Below, in pieces: positions 15,044-23,876 of a stretch of DNA of 29,765 nt (position 1 is the stretch's first letter; each line of letters begins with the position of its first letter). Source of the stretch: Patescibacteria group bacterium. GTDB lineage: Bacteria; Patescibacteriota; Minisyncoccia; Phycocordibacterales; UBA1006. The position numbers and the translations under genes were made by a program. Under the pieces are notes generated by a model. The model saw nothing but the letters and a program-made list of their open reading frames with translations. It was not told where the DNA came from and did no database searches. The stretch is taken from positions 1-29,765 of the forward strand of contig JAGQMO010000011.1 in assembly GCA_020428615.1 (NCBI GenBank). The letters are read 5' to 3'.

Positions 15044-16012
15044 ATGTCAGATATACCAGTAACTCAACTTCTTGATCCTCAGCTTCGTCCTACAACGTGG
15101 GATGAATATATTGGACAGCAATCAATCAAAGATAATCTACACATTCTTTTGACAGCTGCAGCTCAAAGAAACCAACAACCCGAGCATATCTTATTCTACG
15201 GGCCACCAGGTCTCGGAAAAACAACCCTCGCCCACCTTATCGCAAAGGAAATGAATACTGCCATTAAAATCACTTCCGGTCCGGCTATCGAGAAAGTTGG
15301 CGATCTTGCCAGTATTCTCACAAATTTATCACAGGGAGATATTTTATTTATCGATGAAATTCATCGATTGAATACTAATATTGAAGAAGTTCTCTACCCT
15401 GCTATGGAATCAGGGGTGCTCGACATCATCATAGGAAAAGGACCCTCAGCACGCACGATACAGCTCGATCTGCCACCGTTTACCTTGATTGCAGCAACAA
15501 CAAAAATCGCTATGCTTTCAGCTCCGTTGCGCTCTCGCTTCTCTGGAGGAACCTTTAAACTTGAATTCTACACCCAAGAAGAAATGGAAAACATCATCAA
15601 TCAATCTGCAGGCAAACTAGGAATTCGCATTACCGATGGGGGTGTTCATGCAATTGCGAGTCGTAGTCGAGCAACTCCACGTACCGCAAATTATTTCTTG
15701 AAACGAGTCCGAGATTATGCTGAGGTACACAGTCGTGAAATTGATGAAGAAACTGTTCTCGAAGCGCTCAATATGATTGGGGTTGATGAGCTCGGGTTGC
15801 GACAAACTGATCGCAATGTCCTCTTGGCAATTATCGAAAAATTCAACGGCGGACCGGTTGGAGTAAAAACCATCGCAACCGCCACACATGAGGAGATTGA
15901 TTCAATCGAATCAGTCATCGAACCCTACCTCATCCAGAGAGGTCTCATCGAACTCACTCCTCGAGGTCGCGTAGCTACACAAAAAGCATACACTCATTTT
16001 GATAGAGGATAA
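15044..16012 (+). CDS. ruvB: Holliday junction branch migration helicase RuvB (322 aa)
   Basis: LRP..WDEYIGQ, GPPGLGKTT, FIDEIHRL and GPSAR motifs. ATG 15044 follows TATACT-N6. Confidence 0.97.
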   Translation: MSDIPVTQLLDPQLRPTTWDEYIGQQSIKDNLHILLTAAAQRNQQPEHILFYGPPGLGKTTLAHLIAKEMNTAIKITSGPAIEKVGDLASILTNLSQGDILFIDEIHRLNTNIEEVLYPAMESGVLDIIIGKGPSARTIQLDLPPFTLIAATTKIAMLSAPLRSRFSGGTFKLEFYTQEEMENIINQSAGKLGIRITDGGVHAIASRSRATPRTANYFLKRVRDYAEVHSREIDEETVLEALNMIGVDELGLRQTDRNVLLAIIEKFNGGPVGVKTIATATHEEIDSIESVIEPYLIQRGLIELTPRGRVATQKAYTHFDRG

Positions 16013-16034
16013 AAACCGCTTAATTCGCGGTTTT
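16012..16034. terminator. Bidirectional terminator between ruvB and the kinase
   Basis: AAAACCGC / GCGGTTTT inverted repeat between convergent genes. Confidence 0.65.
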
Positions 16035-17402
16035 GTGTTTTCTAAGAACAATGTCTTGCAAAATAATTTTTAGGTTTCTCGGAAGATCTTGTAATACCGA
16101 AACAATATCTTCAGATACATCTACAAGATGAGATACTGATGCGTGCTCTTTAATGAATGCTTCAGTGTACACTTCGAGCAAACGTTTCTTTCCATAATCA
16201 GAGAAAGAAAAATGTGGATGGAGACGAAGCACTTGACCATCAAGATTAACCGCTGAACGTGTATAGAGAATGAGACTCCACGGATACTCAAACCCTTGAT
16301 GCAAAGAGAGTTTTAGAATATCCAAAATCACCTTGGTTGAACTCACATCTTTTGCAGCCATACCCGAGTAATCATATAAAAGTTTACTGAGATCCTCATA
16401 CACCTCTTCTCGATTAAAGGTTGATTTGTTCTTTGCAAAGAGCTCAGCGGATTTGAAAATGAGTTCTGGAGAATTTGAAGTGATGCCGAGAAGGAACAAT
16501 ACCGTTCCTCGCCGGGCCTCTTTGCTGAAGAATTTAATGAGTCCAAAATCGATTAATCCTATCTTTCCTTCTGGTGTAATAATGATATTTGCTGGATTCA
16601 GATCCGCATGAAAATAACCTCGCAATAAGGATTTAATAGCAACATCGTGAATCAGTTCTTCTAATTTTTCCTCAAGGGAGAAATGAAAATGAGGCAACTC
16701 ATCTTTTCGCTTCATTCGAATAAGATCAAGCATTGAATAGCCCTCAACCCAATCCATAACAAAAATGTACTGATTGCTGAATTCGGGGTACGCGCGAGGA
16801 ATTAAAATATTATCAAAAGAATCGAGATCTCTTCTCATTGCTTCAATATTTTTCATCTCATGGATATAATCTGTTTCCTGAAGAAGCCAGCTTTCAACCT
16901 CACGTACAAGATCAATCCAATGTTTTCTGTCGAGTCGGCCAAAACGATTGCCAAAAATACTGACGAGTCGCCGTAAAATATAAAAATCTTCCTGTACAAT
17001 ATCTCGCACATCTGGTCGCAAGACCTTCACAGCAAAGGTCCCTGATGCAAGCTCTACCTTATACACCTCAGAAAGAGATGCTACGGCAACGGGTTGCCCG
17101 AGCGATTCAACAATGTCTCGTTGGTTTGGTTGTGCAACACGATTCAAGTATTTTCTCATTTTTGATCGTGAGATAGGTCTCCCCGAATCAAGCAAATGTT
17201 CGAATTCATGACAGTATACGTCATTGATATAATCAGGTCTCATGCTGAGAATCTGACCAAGTTTAATGTAGACTGGACCGAGCGACTCGAATGTTTGGCG
17301 TATTTTAACAGCAAAAAGATGGTCGAAATTCTTTTTGCGTCTATGAAGAAATCGATACATCAGCAATCGTGTTGCTGCAAAACATAGGATAAGTAAACGC
17401 AT
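16020..17402 (-). CDS. ABC1/UbiB/AarF-family atypical protein kinase-like protein (460 aa)
   Basis: KxGQ motif (YIKLGQILS), ASLSEVY, AVKV, FHADLNPANI and IDFGL. Start placed at ATG 17402, 1 nt after the upstream TAG. Confidence 0.88.
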   Translation of the reverse strand: MRLLILCFAATRLLMYRFLHRRKKNFDHLFAVKIRQTFESLGPVYIKLGQILSMRPDYINDVYCHEFEHLLDSGRPISRSKMRKYLNRVAQPNQRDIVESLGQPVAVASLSEVYKVELASGTFAVKVLRPDVRDIVQEDFYILRRLVSIFGNRFGRLDRKHWIDLVREVESWLLQETDYIHEMKNIEAMRRDLDSFDNILIPRAYPEFSNQYIFVMDWVEGYSMLDLIRMKRKDELPHFHFSLEEKLEELIHDVAIKSLLRGYFHADLNPANIIITPEGKIGLIDFGLIKFFSKEARRGTVLFLLGITSNSPELIFKSAELFAKNKSTFNREEVYEDLSKLLYDYSGMAAKDVSSTKVILDILKLSLHQGFEYPWSLILYTRSAVNLDGQVLRLHPHFSFSDYGKKRLLEVYTEAFIKEHASVSHLVDVSEDIVSVLQDLPRNLKIILQDIVLRKHKTAN

Positions 17403-17403
17403 A

Positions 17404-17724
17404 CTATTTTTTACACGTACCACAAACGGTACGTTTTTTACCTGCATTGGTTTCTTGGATTTTTATCTTTGAACCTCTTTTAATTTTCTTATCACAAAGG
17501 GAACACATAGTATCAGAAACTGCTTTCCCATCGTATTCAAAATCAAATATCTGTTCACGAGGAGTGAGAATCTCGCCAGCAACATCAGAGATAATTTCGC
17601 AGCTGTCTTGAATGAATCGCCGTGCAGTGCTTGATATCGTCTCATGATTTTCGGTGGCTTTTTTCTTAATCTTTTCGTAGAGTTCCTTTGAAATACGAAA
17701 ATTGAGGGTTTTTTCTTTGGTCAT
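17404..17724 (-). CDS. Ribbon-helix-helix plus Zn-ribbon protein (106 aa)
   Basis: N-terminal KTLNFRISKELYEKIKKKA...TISSTARRFI matches the RHH pattern. C-terminus carries CSLC-x23-CGTC. Confidence 0.7.
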   Translation of the reverse strand: MTKEKTLNFRISKELYEKIKKKATENHETISSTARRFIQDSCEIISDVAGEILTPREQIFDFEYDGKAVSDTMCSLCDKKIKRGSKIKIQETNAGKKRTVCGTCKK

Positions 17725-17749
17725 ATTCTAATTTCATTACTATTGGTAA

Positions 17750-17779
17750 TGTAATACATATGTATCACAATGTGTTACA
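17750..17779. promoter_or_regulatory. Putative operator: three phased TGT-N3-ACA sites
   Basis: TGTAATACA (17750), TGTATCACA (17761) and TGTGTTACA (17771), spaced 11 and 10 bp, in the divergent intergenic region. Confidence 0.5.
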
Positions 17780-17819
17780 TTTTGCAAATATGAAACTTTA
17801 CTCATGTTATAATCAAGTA

Positions 17820-18290
17820 ATGAAAGAACGTCATAAAGCTGTACCAGCAAGTTATCTCATTTTAAAAAATGACAATAACATTTTACTTGGTCACAGAATT
17901 AATACTGGATACTACGATAATTATTGGGGAGTACCTGCTGGACATGTTGAAGAAGGCGAACTTCCTATCGATGGGCTCGTACGAGAGGTGCGCGAAGAAG
18001 TTGGTATCGAACTAAATCGAGAAACCATACAACTCGCCCATGCAATGTACCGAACAAAACATGACCCTACAGGTGATCGGGTTGACTATTTCTTTACTGC
18101 TTCTGATTATACTGGTGAGATAACAAACATGGAACCACACAAATGTAGTGAGTTACAATGGTTTAATATTGATGATCTACCTGAAAATATTATGGATCAC
18201 GTAAGGGTAGGAATAGAGTACTACAAAGAGGGTGTTGTGTACTCGGAGCTCGGAATTGACGAAGTTGTTCAAAACCCTAACATTCGTTAG
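17820..18290 (+). CDS. NUDIX hydrolase (156 aa)
   Basis: Nudix box GHVEEGELPIDGLVREVREEVGI and NMEPHKC. ATG 17820 follows TG-T-TATAAT-N6. Confidence 0.92.
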   Translation: MKERHKAVPASYLILKNDNNILLGHRINTGYYDNYWGVPAGHVEEGELPIDGLVREVREEVGIELNRETIQLAHAMYRTKHDPTGDRVDYFFTASDYTGEITNMEPHKCSELQWFNIDDLPENIMDHVRVGIEYYKEGVVYSELGIDEVVQNPNIR

Positions 18291-18293
18291 TAC

Positions 18294-18322
18294 TTGCAAC
18301 TCAAAACTAAGAACTATACACT
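18294..18322 (+). promoter_or_regulatory. Promoter for yebC, near-leaderless
   Basis: TTGCAA (18294-18299) - N17 - TACACT (18317-18322) - N8 - ATG. Confidence 0.6.
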
Positions 18323-18330
18323 ACCGGTAT

Positions 18331-18858
18331 ATGTCAGGACACAATAAATGGTCAAAAATTAAACACAAAAAAGCAGCGACCGATGCTCAGAAATCAAAGA
18401 TTTTCGGTAAACTCGTGCGCCTCATTCAAGTTGAGGCGAAAAAGTGTGGCGGGGATGTAAACTCGCCTGGTCTTGCGGCAGCGATTGCAAAGGCAAACAA
18501 GGAAAACATGCCAAAAGACAACATTGAACGAGCTATTAAAAAAGCTGCTGAATCAGGCGATAGTATCTCAGTTATGTATGAAGCGTATGGGCCAGGGGGT
18601 GTCGGGCTCATCATTACAGGACTTACCGATAACACCAATCGAACGAGTGCTGAGATTAAACACACGTTGTCAAAGATGAATGGGTCTCTCGGTAGTTCTG
18701 GTTCAGTATCTTGGAATTTTACGCAAAATGAAGAACGTGATTGGATTCCAAACAGCACAGTTGAAATTAATGATGAAATTGCAGCGAAACTTGAAACACT
18801 CATAGAGGCACTTGAAGAACATGATGATGTGCAAGATGTGTACCATAACGCAGAATAA
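18331..18858 (+). CDS. yebC: YebC/PmpR family protein, internally shortened (175 aa)
   Basis: MSGHNKWSKIKHKK, YEAYGPGGV, TDN.NRT and DDVQDVYHN motifs. Confidence 0.93.
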   Translation: MSGHNKWSKIKHKKAATDAQKSKIFGKLVRLIQVEAKKCGGDVNSPGLAAAIAKANKENMPKDNIERAIKKAAESGDSISVMYEAYGPGGVGLIITGLTDNTNRTSAEIKHTLSKMNGSLGSSGSVSWNFTQNEERDWIPNSTVEINDEIAAKLETLIEALEEHDDVQDVYHNAE

Positions 18859-18884
18859 AATCCCTTTTCGGGATTTTATTCTGC
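18850..18884. terminator. Bidirectional terminator between yebC and pbp1A
   Basis: 15-bp perfect inverted repeat GCAGAATAAAATCCC / GGGATTTTATTCTGC. The left arm includes the yebC stop. Confidence 0.8.
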
Positions 18885-21758
18885 TTACAACTGGAGAGTG
18901 AATGATATTTCTTCACTCGACTTGATACCATTTTCGTCGGTCACAATCACTCTCATAAGGTTATTCTCATCGTAGTATTGGAGTTCTTCAGGAACAAAAT
19001 TCAAAGTAAACGGGGCACGATCATCGCTTCCAACAAAAGCATTATTAACGAAGAATTGAACATTTTCAATCTCACTATTAGATCGGTCATCACTCTTAAT
19101 GCCTACTTCTATTGGTTCATTAAATGCGTAACGCAGTGTTTCATCAATTCCGGTAATGCTAAAACGAAAGTTTTCAGTATTATCAACTGTATGAATGTCA
19201 TCGTAGTCTGTCGGAAGCGGAATATCAATGTTGAGAATAGTTTGGAGATTTTCTTGAACGTACTGCCGAACTCCATACTCCCAATTTTCATATTGGGGAT
19301 CATCATGTGATTCATTCAACACGGTCGGATCATTTTTATTAATCCAATGAAGAATGGTATGTGGGTTTGGTTGCGGAACAGCCAACTTTGTTTCTTCAGG
19401 AGTAAAATCAGTAGCTAATTTTCCGGAAACAGTATCAATATACACTGTTGTTCCTCCATACCAATCCCCCTTAATCATATTTGGATAGGTATTAAAGTTC
19501 TCTGGCAAATCATACGCTTGGAACGATTCATTGTCGTAATTTTTAATGATCTCGTTCATAAAGGCACGCCACGGCTTTCCTGAAATAGATGAACCCTTCT
19601 TCATCGGTGTATTGTCGTTGTTTCCTGTCCACACACCCACAGCAACTTGCGGAATATAGCCAATCAACCAGGCATCTCGATTATCGTTAGTCGTTCCTGT
19701 TTTACCAGCGACATCACGTTCGCCGAAGTACAAGAAAGATTGTGCACCAAAGAGAGGGGTTCTCGCAACATTATCTGAGAGAATACTATTTACCATGCGA
19801 GCAGCATTGTTATCAAGTACTCGCTCTTCATTTGATTCAAACTTTTCAAGAACATTCCCATTTAAATCAGTAACCTCAAGAATACCTGTCGGTTTATTGT
19901 ACACTCCGTCATTGGCAAAAACCGTATAAGCGCTCGTCATTTCAAGGAGCGACACCTCTCCTCCTCCGAGTACCAATCCAAGCCCATAGTAATCGGCAGG
20001 TTGGTCTAACGAAGTGATTCCCATATCGCGAGCTTTTGCAATAACATTCCCAAGTCCGGCTAGATAATTTACCTTAATTGCTGGAATGTTCCTCGATTGA
20101 GCGAGGGCATTTCTAAAGGTAAGAGGCCCTTTGAAATCGAAATCATAGTTATTTGGCGAATAACATCCGTTGTCACTTGTCGTGTCGTCAGCTCGACAAC
20201 GCGCGTTAAACTGTGTCTCAACATCAAAGATTGTGCTTTCAGGCAAATACCCTCGCTCAAATGCTGTTGCGTATGCGATTGGTTTAAATGATGATCCTGG
20301 CTGTCGTGGTGCAAGCGCAACATTAAAGTTACCGTCAAACTCTTCAGTATCAAAATAATCACGAGAACCAACCATGGTGAGAATTTGCCCTGTACCGGAT
20401 TCAATAGCTACGAGCGCAGCATTTGAAGCACTGTAGAGTTCTTCGACTTCCTGAATGTGATCTCTAATAATTTCTTCAGCTTGTTGTTGTAATTTATAAT
20501 CGAGAGTTGTAATCACCTGGAGCCCTCCATTTTCAACCATATCTGTTCCGTACGTTTCTTCAAGTTGTGCACGGATATACTGAACAAAGTGGAGTGATTT
20601 TGCATAGTTATTCTCTTCGGGAAGAAATTCCACCTGTTCATTCAGTGCCGAGCGATATTCATCCTCAGAAATAAATCCGTAGCGTTTCATTTCTCCGAGT
20701 ACGACTTTTTGACGTTGGTCGAGTTTGTCTCGATGTGGTCCATAGGGTGAGTAATAGGTAGGTAGATTCGGGATTGAAGCAAGGTACGCAGATTGCGCTA
20801 GAGAAAGTTCTGATGCGGGAATACCAAAGAATCTCTTTGATGCCTCTTCAATACCATAAATAGTTCCTCCGTAAGGGGCTTCGTTGAGGTATATTTCAAG
20901 AATTTCATCTTTTGTGAGACGTTTCTCAATTTTGTACGCAAGAACCCATTCTTTTACTTTTCGCGTAATGCGTTTGTCTTTATTGAGGAGGGTGTTTTTT
21001 ACAACCTGTTGGGTTAACGTTGACCCCCCTGCTGTCCCACCACTCCTTAAACCAAGTTTGTACAGAAGTGTCTGGAAAGCGCCCCGAATGGTTGATTTCC
21101 ATACCACCCCATTATGTTCATAGAACGTATGATCCTCAATAGCAACAATCGCGTCTTTTGCAGACTGTGCGATACTGTCAAAATCGACAACGGTTCTTTG
21201 AATATTTTCGTGAATATCATACAAAAGTATCTCGCCAGTACGATCGTAGATCTTTGTAGAGTTTGATATTTTACGATTCTCAAAATTTTGAATGCTTGGT
21301 ATTTGTAGTGTAGCCACCCAGATAAAAAATAGTCCAGAACCTATGAGAAATAATATTCCTAAGGTCAACAAAAGTCTCCTGAAAGACCATCGCTTGTTGT
21401 GCTCGTGCAAACGATGTTTGCGAGTATGTTGGGCATATTTTTTTAATGGTGTTTTTTTCATAATGGGATAAATGATTGTATCGAGGAACGCATACCATGC
21501 TTTTTGAAGCCAATACTGTGTATTCATAATAATTAACTCAAAAATTGTTTTTGCAACGAGTGCCCACTCTTTCAATAGAGACCACACATCCATACAGAAC
21601 CGATGCAAGACTTTTTTTACACTCAGGTGGTCTTGATTTTTTCTGATGCGTCTCATATCACGTAATCTCATATAACGTTTGTGTTTCTTTGCAAGTAAAC
21701 GCTGGCGTTTCAAATATGCACGAGTATGCCGAATATGTGGTTGTTTCGGGTCAAACAT
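18885..21758 (-). CDS. Class A penicillin-binding protein, bifunctional transglycosylase/transpeptidase (957 aa)
   Basis: GT motifs AIEDHTFY, GGSTLTQQVVKN and RKVKE. TP motifs SSFK, SRN and KTG. C-terminal Ig-like domain (VQFFVN..FVG.DD.APF). ATG 21758 follows TATAAT-N6. Confidence 0.93.
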   Translation of the reverse strand: MFDPKQPHIRHTRAYLKRQRLLAKKHKRYMRLRDMRRIRKNQDHLSVKKVLHRFCMDVWSLLKEWALVAKTIFELIIMNTQYWLQKAWYAFLDTIIYPIMKKTPLKKYAQHTRKHRLHEHNKRWSFRRLLLTLGILFLIGSGLFFIWVATLQIPSIQNFENRKISNSTKIYDRTGEILLYDIHENIQRTVVDFDSIAQSAKDAIVAIEDHTFYEHNGVVWKSTIRGAFQTLLYKLGLRSGGTAGGSTLTQQVVKNTLLNKDKRITRKVKEWVLAYKIEKRLTKDEILEIYLNEAPYGGTIYGIEEASKRFFGIPASELSLAQSAYLASIPNLPTYYSPYGPHRDKLDQRQKVVLGEMKRYGFISEDEYRSALNEQVEFLPEENNYAKSLHFVQYIRAQLEETYGTDMVENGGLQVITTLDYKLQQQAEEIIRDHIQEVEELYSASNAALVAIESGTGQILTMVGSRDYFDTEEFDGNFNVALAPRQPGSSFKPIAYATAFERGYLPESTIFDVETQFNARCRADDTTSDNGCYSPNNYDFDFKGPLTFRNALAQSRNIPAIKVNYLAGLGNVIAKARDMGITSLDQPADYYGLGLVLGGGEVSLLEMTSAYTVFANDGVYNKPTGILEVTDLNGNVLEKFESNEERVLDNNAARMVNSILSDNVARTPLFGAQSFLYFGERDVAGKTGTTNDNRDAWLIGYIPQVAVGVWTGNNDNTPMKKGSSISGKPWRAFMNEIIKNYDNESFQAYDLPENFNTYPNMIKGDWYGGTTVYIDTVSGKLATDFTPEETKLAVPQPNPHTILHWINKNDPTVLNESHDDPQYENWEYGVRQYVQENLQTILNIDIPLPTDYDDIHTVDNTENFRFSITGIDETLRYAFNEPIEVGIKSDDRSNSEIENVQFFVNNAFVGSDDRAPFTLNFVPEELQYYDENNLMRVIVTDENGIKSSEEISFTLQL

Positions 21759-21792
21759 ATTTGTATTATACATTCTCAGTATCTTTTACAAA

Positions 21793-22284
21793 CTAAACAC
21801 CTAACTCATGTTCAGTATTTTTATACAAAGCAAAAAATGTCAAACCGATCGCAATTGCGTCAATTTCGTCATCTAATTTTTTACCTTTTCCAAGATCAAT
21901 GAGACGAGATACCATAGTGTAGACATCTATCTTTGAGGCCTTCCCATAACCTGTTACCGCCACCTTGATTTGATTTGGAGTGTACTCATAGACGGGAATA
22001 TCCGCATCAATTGCTTGAAAGATCACTACTCCGCGTGATTCACTCACCTTGAGCGCTGTTTTGGTATTTTTGGAGAAAAAAAGGTCTTCAACAGCGATTG
22101 CGTCAGGTTGATAAGAACTAATGAGCTCTCGTACTCGATTACCAATGAGTCCAAGTCGTTCCGGAAATGGTAGGTCGTTTCTTGTTTGATAACACTCAGA
22201 ATATAGAAGGGTTTCTTTTTTATTTTTTTCAATCACAGCCAACCCAAGCCGGTCATATCCGGGATCAACAGACAAAACTTTCAT
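21793..22284 (-). CDS. ruvC: Crossover junction endodeoxyribonuclease RuvC
   Basis: VDPGYDRLG, AVEDLFF, RGV, YTP..IK.AVTGYG.A.K and DDEIDAIAI motifs. Confidence 0.96.
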   Translation of the reverse strand: MKVLSVDPGYDRLGLAVIEKNKKETLLYSECYQTRNDLPFPERLGLIGNRVRELISSYQPDAIAVEDLFFSKNTKTALKVSESRGVVIFQAIDADIPVYEYTPNQIKVAVTGYGKASKIDVYTMVSRLIDLGKGKKLDDEIDAIAIGLTFFALYKNTEHELGV

Positions 22285-22286
22285 GA

Positions 22287-22538
22287 TTATATAATATCAT
22301 GAACAGATACATTCCTCTTTTGTGCTTCACGGATGATGTTATTTTTATTGAGTGTGATATGAAATTTTTTTTGCGGTGAGAGATTAACAATAAACAAGGT
22401 GCTCTTTTGTAAAGAAAGGTTGTGAACGCTTATATCTGGAATATATCCCTGTAATATTTGAACTAAAACATATTCAGGGGTTGTGCTTTTTTGTTGTTCA
22501 AAATTCTTTTTAAGGTATTTTCCAATATTAAAATCCAT
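22287..22538 (-). CDS. Small protein, possible DciA/DUF721-like helicase loader (83 aa)
   Basis: Tightly packed between dnaN and ruvC. The segment LSLQKSTLFIVNLSPQKKFHITLNKNNII resembles the DciA KH-like core. Call rests on position and pattern only. Confidence 0.45.
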   Translation of the reverse strand: MDFNIGKYLKKNFEQQKSTTPEYVLVQILQGYIPDISVHNLSLQKSTLFIVNLSPQKKFHITLNKNNIIREAQKRNVSVHDII

Positions 22539-22544
22539 ACATTA

Positions 22545-23645
22545 CTATCGATTCATCGGCATAATGAGGTAGAGAAATGATGAATCTCCGACACTTCGAA
22601 CAAGACATGGTTTATTTTTTTCAAGAAATGAAAATTGTATACTGTCTCCCGATAAAATTGGAAAGATATCTGAGAGATACTTATGATTCAAATACATTTC
22701 AATATCACTTCCTGTTACCGCTGCATCAACCGATGTTTTATTTTCTCCTATGTCCGTATTTCGAGAGTGGAGTAAAAGCTGGCCGGCTTTTGCATCAACA
22801 CGAATGGAGAGTTGGTTAAAATTATCCGAGAAGACATTAATTAAACGGAGTGATGTAATAATATCATCTTTAAGCACTATTGCTTCAGTAGTTGATTCTT
22901 GAGGTATGATTTGTTTATAGTCAGGATAATTACCATCTATAATACGAGAGGTAAAATAGATACTATCTGACTGTAGAGAAAGTTGATTCTTTCCAATTGT
23001 TACATCAACATCTCCTATTATCCCTGTAAATACCTTAATACATTCCTGAATATTTTTTACAGGAATAATAACACCATCGATATCTATTTTTGTATCAACT
23101 ACTACTCGTTTCTCAGCGAGACGGAACGAGTCTGTAGAAACAAAAACAAGTTCGTTGTTTTCATTATAGATATATACACTTGAAATTTCAGGTTTAATAT
23201 CAGAGAGTGATGCACTATACACCACACTTCGTACCCCATCAATAATAGTTTCTATTGGCATTTTGAGTGTTTTTCCATCTTCGATATGAGGAAGTGTTGG
23301 AAAATCATTGTGTGGAAATAATTTAATATCCATTTGTGATTTTTCTGTACTAATATGAAGAGTATTATCAACAACCTCTAAATAGACAATGTGGTCTTTT
23401 TCAAGAGAATTTATAATTTGACCAAACACATCAAGTTTTACTGATACTTCTCCTTCTTTTTTGATTTTAACAGGAATAGTAACTTCAACCCCAACATGAA
23501 GATTAGTGGCTCTTAAAATAAGATTTTTATCTTTAGCAATAAGAAGAACATTCTCAAGTATTGGCAAGCTGAGATTTTTGGCTGAGATTTTTTGAACTCG
23601 TGATACCGCATCTTTAATCTTTTCAAGTGTTGTTTCTATTTTCAT
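22545..23645 (-). CDS. dnaN: DNA polymerase III beta sliding clamp
   Basis: LPIL.NVLL, ATNL..G, DFP.LP, VSTDSFRLAE, G.YPDYKQIIP and YLIMPM motifs; lies downstream of dnaA. Confidence 0.97.
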   Translation of the reverse strand: MKIETTLEKIKDAVSRVQKISAKNLSLPILENVLLIAKDKNLILRATNLHVGVEVTIPVKIKKEGEVSVKLDVFGQIINSLEKDHIVYLEVVDNTLHISTEKSQMDIKLFPHNDFPTLPHIEDGKTLKMPIETIIDGVRSVVYSASLSDIKPEISSVYIYNENNELVFVSTDSFRLAEKRVVVDTKIDIDGVIIPVKNIQECIKVFTGIIGDVDVTIGKNQLSLQSDSIYFTSRIIDGNYPDYKQIIPQESTTEAIVLKDDIITSLRLINVFSDNFNQLSIRVDAKAGQLLLHSRNTDIGENKTSVDAAVTGSDIEMYLNHKYLSDIFPILSGDSIQFSFLEKNKPCLVRSVGDSSFLYLIMPMNR

Positions 23646-23876
23646 AATTTGATAGATAGTTTTTAAAATATTATTAGTATTACTATTAGGTTTGTTAGTT
23701 GTGTGGATTTCTTATTATCACCTTTTATTTCTTTGTTTTTTAGGTGTTTCATTGTGTATATGTGATGGTATGTGTATTGAATAAGTAATGAGTATTACAC
23801 AATCACTCTAATACAATATTTATTTTACACAAACTATTAACAATATATTAAGAAGTTATCCAATACGTTTTACACA
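23646..23876. other. oriC, unwinding part between dnaA and dnaN
   Basis: AT-rich gap with DnaA-box-like 9-mers at 23702 (TGTGGATTT), 23753 (TGTGTATAT), 23793 (TATTACACA), 23823 and 23868 (TTTTACACA), plus a 7x TAN trio array at 23669-23689. Confidence 0.75.

Noticed and set aside
17402-17447. Kinase start at 17447 overlapping the RHH gene by 44 nt
   Set aside because: ATG 17402, directly after the RHH stop, gives typical translational coupling without the overlap.
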